From: Azolla caroliniana
Lineage: Eukaryota > Plantae > Polypodiophyta
NCBI GenBank assembly: GCA_043228905.1
Contig: JBHGNT010000009.1
Location: 9,672,001 to 9,736,000, forward strand
Reading direction: 5' to 3'
Length of the DNA: 64,000 bases
Position 1 is the first letter of the stretch, and every line of letters starts with the position of its first letter. This document shows, in pieces, positions 35,922 to 47,309 of the stretch. The notes beneath the pieces were generated by a model. The model had not been told where the DNA came from. It searched no databases and saw nothing but the letters and a program-made list of their open reading frames with translations. The translations under genes and the position numbers were made by a program.

Positions 35922-36392
35922 TGTCAAGACTGAGAGAGAGAAAGAGAGAGAAAAAGAGATAGAGAGATAATTGAAAGAGAATTATTATATTGAAGCGTAA
36001 AATGGATTACAAAGAGTAGGCTACAAAATGGCGTTGAACCAATTTAGGTTTGGGATGGGTGGTAGATCCCTATTTATAAGTAATAGAGAACTCTCTAGAA
36101 TATTCTAGGTTATCCTAGAATGTAGAGTAATCTAGAAGATCTCTAGAGTATTCTAGAAGGTTCTAGTGGTATAGAACACTCTAGAATATTCTAGGTCATT
36201 CTAGAATGTAGAGTAATATAGAATATTCCTATGATATTAGATTTCATATTCTAGAGACTATACATATAAGAATATTAATACAATGGTTAAGGATTTGACA
36301 TGTGTACAACAAGGTCGTGGGTTCAAATCCTTTCGAGTCATAATGTGAGTGTCATGATCCTTTCGATGCATGATGTGACTGTTATCATGACA
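35922..36392 (-). repeat. 3' LTR of G2
   Basis: TG...CA termini; no difference from 41237-41707 found by eye. Confidence 0.96.
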
Positions 36393-39300
36393 CTATCCCC
36401 CTTCTTCGACGACACGTCTCACGGGTCGTAGGGTTTGTATTAGGACCTGGTTTACAAGGATATTGGCGATGAAATGCATTGACGAGTTCTGCAGCATTGG
36501 AAAGATTTGTGGCAGGTTCCCAAGTTCGATCATTGGGGGTATAGCCTAGCCAATCGACCAAGTAATACAACTTGTTGCGCACGATTTTAGAATCGAGAAT
36601 GGCAGCAACTTCAAATTCAGGCCCGTCCAAGAACTCGACAGGTGGTGGGGGTGTCGTAAGACGGCCCGGAATTGAACTTGTAGTATAAGGTTCCAAAAGG
36701 GATACATGAAACACCGGATGAAGATGCATGTGCGGAGGGAGGTCAAGACAAAATGCAACATCACTTATCTTACCAGTGATCATGTAAGGGCCAAAACGTT
36801 GGTAATCCAATTTACTGCAAGGTCGAGTGGTCTTGATGTTGTGTTGGAGAAGCCATACATGATCCCCAATGCGGAACTTTTTTGAGGAGTCTAGACGATG
36901 ACGATCGGCAAGCCTCTTGTGTGTAAATTGAGCATCGTGCAAATTGTGGAGAATGTTAGCTTGAATTTCTTAGAGGCGACTAAGACGATCCTCGGCAGCA
37001 GGGTTGGTAGGAACTTCTGGATGCGCATTCATCGTCCATCGAGGATGACAGCCCGTATTTGCGAAAAATGGGGAATATCCTGTAGAAGAATGGGCTGAGT
37101 TGTTGTAAGCGAATTCCGCCAAGTGCAAAAATGCAACCCAATCATCTTGTTGATAGTTGATGAAACAACGAAGATATTGTTCCAATGTCTGGTTGGTACG
37201 CTCTGTTTGGCCATTTTGTTTCAGGATGATAGCCCGAAGAAAGCTTAACTGAAATGTGGAGAAGTTTGAACAGGTGCTTCCAAAACTTTGAGATGAATTG
37301 TGGACCACGATCACTAATAATATCATCTGGCAGACCATGATGCTTAAATACCTCCCGCATAACGAGATCAGCCGTCTCTTGACTAGTAATCGACTTTGTA
37401 CATGGCAAGAAATGTGCCATTTTGGTAAATCGATCAACCACTGTGAGAATTGCATCAAAACCTTTTGAAACTGGGAGATCAGTAATGAAGTCCAAGGATA
37501 TAGACTTCCAAGGTGTTTCCGGAATGGGAAGTGGTTGTAGTAAGCCATAGGGTCGGTGACGAGGATTCTTTGATCGACAACATATATCACAACTCCGAAC
37601 ATACTCCTCAACAAAATGACGAAGGCGAGGCCACCAATAGCGTCGAGAAATTAATTCTAGAGTCTTGTGAACTCCAAAATGACCAGCCATTGGTGAGTCA
37701 TGGCAATGTTGCAAAACTTGTAGCCGTGGGGGACCATCAGGAACATACAATAAATTTTGTCGAAATAGAAAACCATCATGCCAATAGAACTGACAATAGT
37801 CATTACGAGGATTTTTCAACTGTGAGCAAGAAGCACGATCCGGGACGATATGATCCAAAACATCCTTGACGAAATCATCAGTGGCCATATGATCTCGAAT
37901 GGAATCAAGAAGAGTGGAATTTTCAAGAGCTGTTATGGCGTTAACTACCATTAATCGTAATCGATTAGGACCCAAAAGGATTTGTTTTTGATGCTCAAAA
38001 GCAGGTTCCACTGGACGAAGTTCCATACAAGAGCGTCGAGAAAGAGCATCTGCTTTGCCTTGCTGCATCCCAGGGCGATATATGATGATAAAGTCGAAGT
38101 GAGTCAAAAATTGCGCCCACCAGGCTTGTCGCCGACTCAAGACTCGAGCATTTTGGAAATAAGTCAGGTTCTTATGATCATTGTAGATAATGATCTGCTG
38201 AGAAGAACCTTCTAGGAAATGTCGCCATTGTTGAAACGAATCCACGATTGCAAGAAGCTCTTTGTCATGGATCTCGTAGTTGATCTCTACAGCTTCAAAC
38301 TTTCGTGAATGAAAGGCGACAGGGTGTAGTTGTCCATCATCTCCAGTCTGCGAGAGGACACTCCCTAGTGCAAAATCGGATGCATCGGCTTCGAGGATGA
38401 AGCGTTTTGTTGGGTCGACATGTGCTAAGATAGGTGCCGTTGTAAGTGCTCGTTTTAAGCTTTCGAATGCCTCGGATGCATCTGAACTCCATATAAATGG
38501 TTGATCTTTATGTGTGAGCTGAGTAAGCGGAAGCACAACCTTGGAATAATCTTTAATAAATTTTCGATAAAAATTTGCAAACCCGAGAAAACATTGCACA
38601 TCACGCACTGAAAGGGGCGTTTGCCACTCTAAAATTGCCTGTACCTTCATGGGGTCCATAGCAATACCATTTGACGATACAACATACCCCAAAAATTCCA
38701 CTTGATTCTGGCCGAAACTACACTTTTCTAATTTTGCGTAGAGACCATATTCTCGGAGTCGGCACAGTACTTGACGAACATGTGCATCATGCTCCTCTTG
38801 GGTCTTTGAGTAGATTAAAATATCATCTAGGTAAACTATAGTGAAGATATCAAGAAAATCTCGAAAAATATCGTTCGCCATATGTTGGAAAACAGCAGGT
38901 GCATTCGTGAGACCAAATGGCATCACTGTATACTCAAAATGTCCATAGCGAGTGCGGAAAGCTGTCTTCCATTCATCCCCCGGGCGAATCCGAACTAGAT
39001 TATATGCTCCGCGAAGGTCCAACTTCGTGAAATATTTTGCACCACTGAGACGTTCCAAAAGATTCGGGATTAATGGTAGAGCATATCTATTTCGGATAGT
39101 CACTTTGTTTAGCCCTCAATAATCCACGACCAACCGAAGAGTCCCATTCTTCTTCTTAACGAAGAAGATAGGTGCACCAGTAGGGGATCTAGAATGCCGA
39201 ATGAATCCGTTTGCCAGATTCTCATCAATATATTCCCGCAAAGTCTCTAGCTCTACAGGGGAGAGATTATAAATTGGGCCCCATGGAGGTTCTTTCCCTG

Positions 39301-40029
39301 GTTGTAAGTCAATAGGGCAGTCGTATGGCCGATGCTCCGGCAATGTATTGGCCTTCACCTTATCAAAGACATCTGAAAACTCCTTGTATTTCTCTGGTAG
39401 TTTAATATCCGCGTCACGTGAAGTGGATGATGGAGTTGCTACTATTGCGAAGACGAACATGGCCTCGTTCCCCCCTTCCTCCCGCAACTGTTGTAAAGAG
39501 ATGGGCGATAACTCCGGGGATCTATTAGCACATGTAGGAGAGAGGGATGCGGGATTTGTGCTTTTTTCCCGAGTCTCCTCAATTGTTCTTTTCATCCAAT
39601 CAATCTTCGGGTTATGGAGTTCAAACCAGGGGAGACCTAGAACTATTGGGTGGTCCGGACTACGAATAATATTGAAAGAGATTAGGCTTGCCAAATTGCC
39701 AAGAACTATCCTAATTGGCTCAGACTCCTTGACTATATCTCCTGATGCTATGGGACGTCCATCGATGACTCCTACGGCTACTGGGTTGGGAAGCTTATTC
39801 AAGAGGATGTTTTGTGACAAGGCAAATTCACGATCCATGAAACAAGAGTTGGCTCCAGAATCTAGAAGGGCAGAGGCTAGGACTCGATGACATGTAGATG
39901 TGGTAAGCTCGACTTGTGCTGAAAAAACTCGACTCACTTGATTTGATGAAATGGAACCACGACTAGGAACTAACTCTACATAGCTAGGATGGTCCAGCCA
40001 AATGGCTCCTATTTTGGCCGGACTTACTC
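36385..40029 (-). pseudogene. G2 pol: protease, RT, RNase H, integrase with GPY/F motif and chromodomain
   Basis: LLDSGA, YLDD, ADASD, HDSPMAGH...CDIC, ISLDFI, SDRG, GPY, FEVAAILD...YLVDWLGY...TWEP. Stops at 39116 and 36970 and a frameshift near 37215. Confidence 0.93.
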
Positions 40030-40036
40030 GTTTAAC
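39992..40036 (-). promoter_or_regulatory. Predicted -1 ribosomal frameshift signal between gag and pol
   Basis: G TTA AAC in gag frame, 6-nt spacer, then an 11-bp stem. The -1 frame is open into pol. The same signal is at 2177-2221. Confidence 0.75.
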
Positions 40037-41148
40037 ACATCCTCTAATTGACTCAAGACATCGAATCTATTCTCATGACATGGACTATGAGGCTTATTTA
40101 TGTTATTAGAAGTAACAATAGAACTCGATGTAGGGTTTTCATGGGCACTTACTTGGTATACTTGACGCCTAGGTTTATGTGGACAATTTACAGCTATATG
40201 TCCTGGACCACCACAATACAGGCAGAGGCGATGCGCTCGACGTCGTTGCTTCTCAGCATCTGATAATGGCCCACGACGTTGTGTTGACTCTATTTCCATC
40301 GGAGTTGGGCCATCCCTTGTAATGGGTCTAGAAACTTGTGGAGGCATTGCGACTACGGAAGCATAAGTCTGTTCAGGTTGGCGGCGTAACATTTGTTGGC
40401 GCTCAGAACATCGCTCAAATAGGCGATTATCACATCGCACAGCTCGACTAATGGCTTCTGTAAGTGACTTCGGATCTTCAGGGAAAGTAAGAAGAAGATC
40501 TTTGACATCATTTCTCAAACCTTGACGGAATTGATCCATTAAAGCTGCCTCATCCCAAGGGATATCGCATGCCAAGAGACGGAAATCGGCTGCATAAGAC
40601 GACGCGGGACGATCTCCTTGTCGGAGCCTTCGAATCTTGTTTATCGCTGTCCTAGTGCTGTCGGTGTCTCCGAAACTAGCTTGAAACTCTTTAACAAAGG
40701 CCTCGAAATCCTCCAGCAATGGTGATTTCTTCTCGAGAAGTGGTGCGAACCATGCTAACGTCGTACCGCATAGCAAAGTTCCCACTAATCCCACACGGGC
40801 AGCATCAGTTGGATACCGATTGGGATGTAGCTGAATAACTAAACGAACTTGATTCAAAAAGCCTCGAAATAAAGACCTCGTACCATCAAACTTGGCAGGG
40901 AGGCTGATCTTTGGCTCTCTAGGGGAGTTCTGAGCCCCCGACGCTTGCTCTCGTAATGACAATATAGTCGCCTCAAGTTGATGAACCCGCTGTGATAACT
41001 CTTCATATTGTTGAGCTTTTTCGGCGCTCACGTGCTGTAGATCTCCAAGTAGCCTTTGATTCTCATGCTCTAATGCCACAAATTTATTCGTGAGCATGTC
41101 GAGCTTAGAAAGAACACGCATGTATTCTTGTTTGCTCACGGACTCCAT
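40024..41148 (-). CDS. G2 Gag, intact (coiled coil, capsid, CCHC knuckle)
   Basis: 374-aa ORF with PAKFDGTR, GPTPMEI and CLYCGGPGHIAVNC. Confidence 0.92.
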   Translation of the reverse strand: MESVSKQEYMRVLSKLDMLTNKFVALEHENQRLLGDLQHVSAEKAQQYEELSQRVHQLEATILSLREQASGAQNSPREPKISLPAKFDGTRSLFRGFLNQVRLVIQLHPNRYPTDAARVGLVGTLLCGTTLAWFAPLLEKKSPLLEDFEAFVKEFQASFGDTDSTRTAINKIRRLRQGDRPASSYAADFRLLACDIPWDEAALMDQFRQGLRNDVKDLLLTFPEDPKSLTEAISRAVRCDNRLFERCSERQQMLRRQPEQTYASVVAMPPQVSRPITRDGPTPMEIESTQRRGPLSDAEKQRRRAHRLCLYCGGPGHIAVNCPHKPRRQVYQVSAHENPTSSSIVTSNNINKPHSPCHENRFDVLSQLEDVLNE

Positions 41149-41222
41149 AGCTTATGAGGGGAGAGGAGAAGGAAGAAGAGAACTTGTTAGGGTTTGTGGA
41201 AGACGAAGAGATGAAAGGAAAA

Positions 41223-41236
41223 AAATTGGTTCAAAC
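41223..41236 (-). promoter_or_regulatory. Non-tRNA (self-priming type) primer-binding site of G2
   Basis: Sense GTTTGAACCAATTT, complementary over 12 nt to the predicted transcript 5' end inside the LTR (41349-41360). Identical to 3426-3439 in G1. Confidence 0.75.
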
Positions 41237-41707
41237 TGTCAAGACTGAGAGAGAGAAAGAGAGAGAAAAAGAGATAGAGAGATAATTGAAAGAGAATTAT
41301 TATATTGAAGCGTAAAATGGATTACAAAGAGTAGGCTACAAAATGGCGTTGAACCAATTTAGGTTTGGGATGGGTGGTAGATCCCTATTTATAAGTAATA
41401 GAGAACTCTCTAGAATATTCTAGGTTATCCTAGAATGTAGAGTAATCTAGAAGATCTCTAGAGTATTCTAGAAGGTTCTAGTGGTATAGAACACTCTAGA
41501 ATATTCTAGGTCATTCTAGAATGTAGAGTAATATAGAATATTCCTATGATATTAGATTTCATATTCTAGAGACTATACATATAAGAATATTAATACAATG
41601 GTTAAGGATTTGACATGTGTACAACAAGGTCGTGGGTTCAAATCCTTTCGAGTCATAATGTGAGTGTCATGATCCTTTCGATGCATGATGTGACTGTTAT
41701 CATGACA
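41237..41707 (-). repeat. 5' LTR of G2 (TATA 41386-41393, HSE array about 41403-41525, tRNA-like cassette 41591-41645 on +)
   Basis: Direct repeat of 35922-36392; motifs read directly. Confidence 0.96.
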
Positions 41708-41732
41708 TCAGCGGTTCAACATGTCAGATGCT

Positions 41733-42750
41733 AAGGGGAAAGAGCACCTGGTATGCCGGTTGAAGAAGAGCCTGTATCCAAGCCAAAATACGGATGCTGA
41801 AGAAGGCTCTTAATCGGACCTTCTCAATGAAAGACTTGGGTCCGGCAAGACAAATGTTGGGGATGCATATCATCCGGAACCGGCCAACGAAGCAATTGTG
41901 GCTATCACAGGAGAAGTACATGACAAAGGTGCTTCAGCGGTTCAACATGTCAGATGCTAAGGGGAAGGAGCACCTGGTATGCCGGTTGAAGAAGAGCCTG
42001 TATGGACTGAAGCAGGCTCCCCAACAATGGTACCGGAAGTTCGACTCCTTCATGACCGATCAAGGGTATCACAAGACACAGGCTGATCACTGTGTGTTTG
42101 TGAAGAAGTTCAAACGAGGCGACTTCCTGATACTCCTTCTGTATGTGGACGACATGTTGATCGTCGGACGGGACCAAGCCAAAATACGGATGCTGAAGAA
42201 GGCTCTCAATCGGACCTTCTCAATGAAAGACTTGGGTCCGGCAAGACAGATGCTGGGGATGCATATCATCCGGAACCGGCCAACGAAGCAATTGTGGTTG
42301 TCATAGGAGAAGTACGTGACAAAGGTGCTTCAGCAGTTCAACATGTCAGATGCTAAGGGGAAGGAGCACCTGGTATGCCGGTTGAAGAAGAGCCTGTATG
42401 GACTGAAGCAGGCTCCCCAATAATGGTACCAGAAGTTCGACTCCTTCATGACCGATCAAGGGTATCACAAGACACAGGCTGATCACTGTGTGTTTGTGAA
42501 GAAGTTCGAAGGAGGCGACTTCCTGATACTCCTTCTGTATGTGGACGACATGTTGATCGTCGGACGGGACCAAGCCAAAATACGGATGCTGAAGAAGGCT
42601 CTCAATCGGACCTTCTCAATGAAAGACTTGGGTCCGGCAAGACAGATGTTGGGGATGCATATCATCCGGAACCGGCCAACGAAGCAATTGTGGCTGTCAT
42701 AGGAGAAGTACGTGACAAAGGTGCTTCAGCGGTTCAACATGTCAGATGCG
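41733..42750 (+). repeat. Tandem copies of a 396-bp copia RT segment
   Basis: Units start at 41733 (226 bp, internally deleted), 41959 and 42355. The first unit starts at 35501 and is split by G2. Confidence 0.92.
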
Positions 42751-43525
42751 AAACCGCTCGGATTGACACTTCCGACAAACTGCAGATTATCCGGTAAGCA
42801 AAGCGCGAAGACGAAAGCAGAGAAGGCTGATATGATGAAGGTTCCATATGCCTCTGCTGTCGGGAGTTTAATGTACGCAACGGTGTGTACCCGACCGGAT
42901 ATAGGATACGCATGCGAAGTGGTGAGCCGGTTTATGAGCAATCCCGACAAGGAGCACTGGAACGCGGTCAAATGGATACTCCAGTACTTTAAGGGCACTT
43001 CGAACATGTGTCTCCGGTTCGGCTCCGGTAAACCTCAACTTGACGGTTTTACCGATTTGGACATGTCGTCTGATGTGGATACCAACCGGTCTACATCCGG
43101 GTATGTAATGACATATGCAGGGGGAGCTATTTCGTGGCAGCCGGGGCTACAGAAGATGGTTGCGTTGTCAAACACGGAGGCGGAGTACATGGCGGTTGTG
43201 GAAGCCGGCAAGGAAATATTATGGATGAAGGACTTCATTGGAGAGCTCGGTATCCGGCAAGATGAATACTGGCTCTATTGCGACAATCAAAGTGCCATCC
43301 ACCTTGCTAAGAATGCAACCTACCATTCCCGGACGAAGCATATCCAGCGAAGGTATCACTAGATCCGGGAAATACTAGATGACCACGAGTTCGCGCTCAC
43401 GAAGATCCACACGGCGGAGAACGGGTCAAATATGCTGACCAAAGTACTGATACCCAACAAGCTAGATGCATGCCGGATTCGAGTCGGACTAGTAAGACAT
43501 CCCATGCCGGAGTGAAGGGGGAGTT

Positions 43526-44210
43526 TGTTAGGAAACAAGTACCTCTAGATGGGAAGTGAGAAGAACAGTACTGATGAGCAAACTCGGATGAGAAGTACCC
43601 AGCAAGAGTCGGATGGTAAAGACCCGGTGAGAACCGGATGAGAAGTACCTGGCAAGAGCTGGATGGTGAAGACCCGGTGAGAACCGGATGACGAGTACCC
43701 GACAAGCGCCGGATGATGCAGGCCCGGTGAGGAGTGCTCACCAGATGAAGGGACATATTCGTAAATATGTTTCTGAGAGTCCATCGGGGCTATATTTGTA
43801 AATAGCCGGAAAGTCATATTAGTATAAATATGACTTAGGGCAAACTCTTTGTAAGTTGTTAGGAGTTGTTGTCATTCTTGTTGGTGCAATACTAGAGAGC
43901 GCGTAACAGTGTACAGAGAGAGAGAGAGAGAGAGAGGAAGAGGTCGTTGCCTCTGTTGTAACCGCCGCCTGTGGCGAAGATCGTGAGTGCGAGGTCATTG
44001 CCCCCGTGAGCTCACTGTTGTAATAATTGTGATATAGTGATAGTTTGGAGTCTGTGGACTCCCGTGGTTTTTCCCTCTCAAGGTTTTCCACGTTAAACAT
44101 CCTATGTACTCTTCTCTCCTTTGTGTCGTGCCTTCATTCCCGTTTTCTGTGTTTGATTCGAAGCTCGGTTGTGGCCGAGCGGTGTTCATCGGAGTGTCTA
44201 GTTCCTATCA
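43526..44210 (+). repeat. 3' LTR of family B copia
   Basis: Direct repeat of 31932-32620, followed by TSD GATAT. Confidence 0.95.
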
Positions 44211-46778
44211 GATATAACAATCCCCTATCCTTGGTGTCGTTCATATATCTCAACAGTCGATGCATGCACTAAAGGTGCTCGACGGTCAACTTCTGCATAA
44301 ATTCACTTATCACTCCAACCGGATAGTTGATGTCGGATCGGGTGATTGTTAAGTAGAGATGGCTTTTGACAATTTGTTAGAACTGTTTCTCGTTGCAGGC
44401 TTGTTCGGAGTTGGGACATAGCTTGAGTTTCCGGTCCAGGGGTGTGGAGATTGGTCGACATTCGGTCATGCCGAACTTGTACAATATATTCAACAAATAA
44501 TGCCATTGCGACAACAATATGTCGTCGGGGGTGTGAACCACATCGATCCCTAGGAAGTAATGAAGGTCACCTAGGGACTTTACTTAGCCGCTTTCAAGGA
44601 GGTCAGGTCTGGTGATGACCAAGTTGTCGATATATAGCAAAATGCATACCAGACCTTTCAAACCCTTTTAGATGAACAACGAAGAGTCGGGCTTTGATGC
44701 CGCAAACCCAACCTTACACAACCGGTGTGTTATCTTTGAATTCCAAGCTGAAGGGCTTGCTTCAAGCTGTAGAGCGACTACTTGAGTCGGCACACTACCG
44801 ACTTGTTCATCTCCGAGTGAAAACTGAGGGGTTGGATCATATATACTTGTTTTTCAAGATCCCCTTGAGGAAATGCATTCTTCACGTCCATTTGGTGAAG
44901 ATGCCACCCCCTTGCCACAACACCTGCCAGCACCACACGAACCATCGTCATCTTTGCTACCGGAGCAAAGGTCTCGTCGTAGTCGATTTTGTGGGACTGT
45001 GCATATCCTTTCCCCACTACTCGGGCCTTGTACTAGTTGAGCGAACCATCAACATTATATTTTACCTTGTATACCCACTTGTAGCTGATCGGTTTGCAAT
45101 GTCGGGGAGGGTCAACCAGGTCCCATGTGTCGTTGGCATCAAGTGCCCGCATTTCTTCCTCCATCACGACTTTCACCGCTTCTGCATACATCTCCGGCTC
45201 ACGCACTTCCACCACTTTCATCATGTACGCATAGTGATGCACCATGTACTCGTTATATCCATACCGCTTCAAGGGGTTCTTCTGGCAGGTCGATCGGTGT
45301 AACTTCTCATTAGCCAATTTGAGAGCCTTTTTGGCCAAAGCAGACTTTGTTTCTGAAGGTTCATCCTCGTTTTTTTCGGAGTCGGATTCGCTCCGTTCTG
45401 ACTTGTCTCGGCCAGTGTCATATTCCAGCATCTTCTTCTTCCCCTTCTCTTTGTGCGTGAACTGTCTCCTCGGTTCCTTGCACAAGGAGAGCATGACTGA
45501 GTCTCCACTACTCGCCGGCTCGTCATCCTGCTGGTCATTCTGACTCAATTCTTCATTGGGCCCACGTAGCCAGAATGAGATCAGACTCTCCTCTACAGTA
45601 CTAAACTGTTCTTCTTCTTCTGCTCGGATCATTTCGGACTCACTAGCCTCATCCTTTCTAATCGACTGGTCAGAGTTATCGGGGTTCGGAGTAAGAGTCG
45701 GTAAGGAGTACCACGATGCCAACTCATCGAATTGGACATCTTGGCTTACTCGAACTTGTTTGGTCTGGGGGTTATAACACTTGTACCCCTTCTGTTCATG
45801 TGAGTAGCCGACCAGGATGCACTTCTCCGACTTACATTCTGTGTTGGTCCCGCTAAGACTAACATTCTATGTTGGTCCCCATACAATCAAATGTATCAGG
45901 TTGAGCTTGTTCCGGCACTGGTTTCGCTCATTGGGGAATGGAAGCTGGTGTTGCTTCCCACGCTGGTAGGCTTCACAAATTTGGGCCTTTCGGCCACTAA
46001 ACTCTAGCAGTCCGAACACAACTTGTTTTGACTTTTGCATTCTTAATGTAGCTAAGCATCTGGTTGTGCACTCAAGACACAAGGCAGTACAACACTTTTC
46101 TCGCTCCTTGCTCCTATTTCGGTAAGTCCTTGTGTGTCGGCTCTGGCGCTACTTCATTCGCTTCCTCTACATAACACTAGTATCCATGTCCGAGTAGGTA
46201 CTGGTGCATCTTGTATGACCAAGATGCATAGTTATTTCTATCGAGCTTCCCCATTGGTAATGACCTTGGAATACCTCTGTCCATTCTTTCTTCGGCATGC
46301 TCTTTGCTAGAAGCTAGGTTTTCTTTGTCTACTTCGCGCTTTCTGTCGGAAGTTGAGGATTATCAACCCTCGCGCTCTGATACCATGTAAAGAGTTACGT
46401 GCAGAAGATCGTAGACACAACCTACTCCACCAAATAGCAACAAAAAATAGAACTAAGGTTTAATGGAAATCTTTAATCACACACACACAGAATATGGGGG
46501 AGAGACAGAAAGAGGGGAACAGTAAACTCAATTGAAAAACTCAAGAAACACTCTGTACATACAATGTGCTCAGTGAGCACTTTTATGCAATTCCTTAAAA
46601 GTATTGTACTTCAATGCTCGTACCGAGCGACTAACATTGACTCCTAAAAATATGCCGACATACTAGGCTGGAATTGTAGGCCTCTAATGGCCTACTAGTT
46701 ACACTCAAATCCGGACACCGATCTGACTCTTGACTTATTCAGCCGATCCGGATCATGTTGAGCTTGCTCGCTCAACAA

Positions 46779-47303
46779 TGTCAAGAATCATGTCCGGCCA
46801 CAACCGGCTTCTCGTTCGGATGTTCGGGTGCAAAGAACATAGAATAGAATGCACTCAAACAGAGTACGAAAACAGAAATAGCACAAGAGACAGAAACACA
46901 CAATTTTAACATGGAAACCCAAAATGGGAAAAACCACGGGGGTCCACAAACCCCGAGAAATAGAATCACAATGCTAAAAAGGAGGAGTACAACTAGAAGC
47001 TCTAAGGCAACGACCTCGAGATTCTACTTTGTCAATAGACGACTACAGAGTTACACACGCTCTCACTCTCACTCCCTTATTGTTACACAGTTACAGAGGC
47101 AATGACCTTCTAAGTAACTTTTTTTTTAACAATAACTCATCCTGATCACATTATGATTGCCCTAAGTACTTATATACTAGTACGCCTTTTGGGTTATTTA
47201 CAAGTGTAGCCCATAAGGGCAAATTTAAACTCTTTACAAGTATAGTCTTCCGAGTTGGTTGTCTACATGATTTCGGTTTCGGCCAAGGCCGAGTTCCTCA
47301 TCA
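46779..47303 (-). repeat. Probable copia-type LTR (solo or orphan)
   Basis: TG...CA termini. The U5-like motif (minus strand cccgtggtttttccc...gggtttcca) is shared with the LTRs at 29391 and 31932. TATA at about 47170. Confidence 0.5.
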
Positions 47304-47309
47304 ACTCGG

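Larger units (their letters stand above)
35922..41707 (-). mobile_element. Full-length Ty3/gypsy chromovirus, Tcn1/Tf1-like (element G2): inner element of the nest
   Basis: 471-bp LTRs at 35922-36392 and 41237-41707 that appear identical. TSD TCAGC at 35917-35921 and 41708-41712. PPT at 36393-36407. Order gag-PR-RT-RH-INT-chromodomain. Confidence 0.97.
32652..43513 (+). pseudogene. Family B copia gag-pol (gag, PR, INT, RT, RH), disrupted by stops, frameshifts, RT duplications and a gypsy insertion
   Basis: NYSVWKSKM, VVDSGASFH, LWHKRLCH, RADNGGEY, FAPVVKM, LYVDD, YCDNQSAIHLA. Confidence 0.92.
31932..44210 (+). mobile_element. Full-length Ty1/copia (Tnt1-like family B), CCGG-rich: middle element of the nest
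   Basis: LTRs 31932-32620 and 43526-44210, TSD GATAT on both sides, PBS tggtatcagagc at 32624-32635, PPT gaagggggag before 43526. Confidence 0.96.
30213..46777 (-). mobile_element. Decayed Ty1/copia (family A): outer element of the three-level nest
   Basis: 5' LTR 46386-46777, PBS 46374-46385, INT/RT remnants 44216-46100, RNase H 31394-31926, PPT 30539-30549. The truncated 3' LTR (about 30213-30538) is similar to the 5' LTR. Confidence 0.85.

Noticed and set aside
36270-36340. Functional tRNA genes (also 3786-3860 and 5003-5075)
   Set aside because: A/B boxes and T-arm remnants are present, but acceptor and anticodon stems do not pair, so they are reported only as tRNA-like cassettes.
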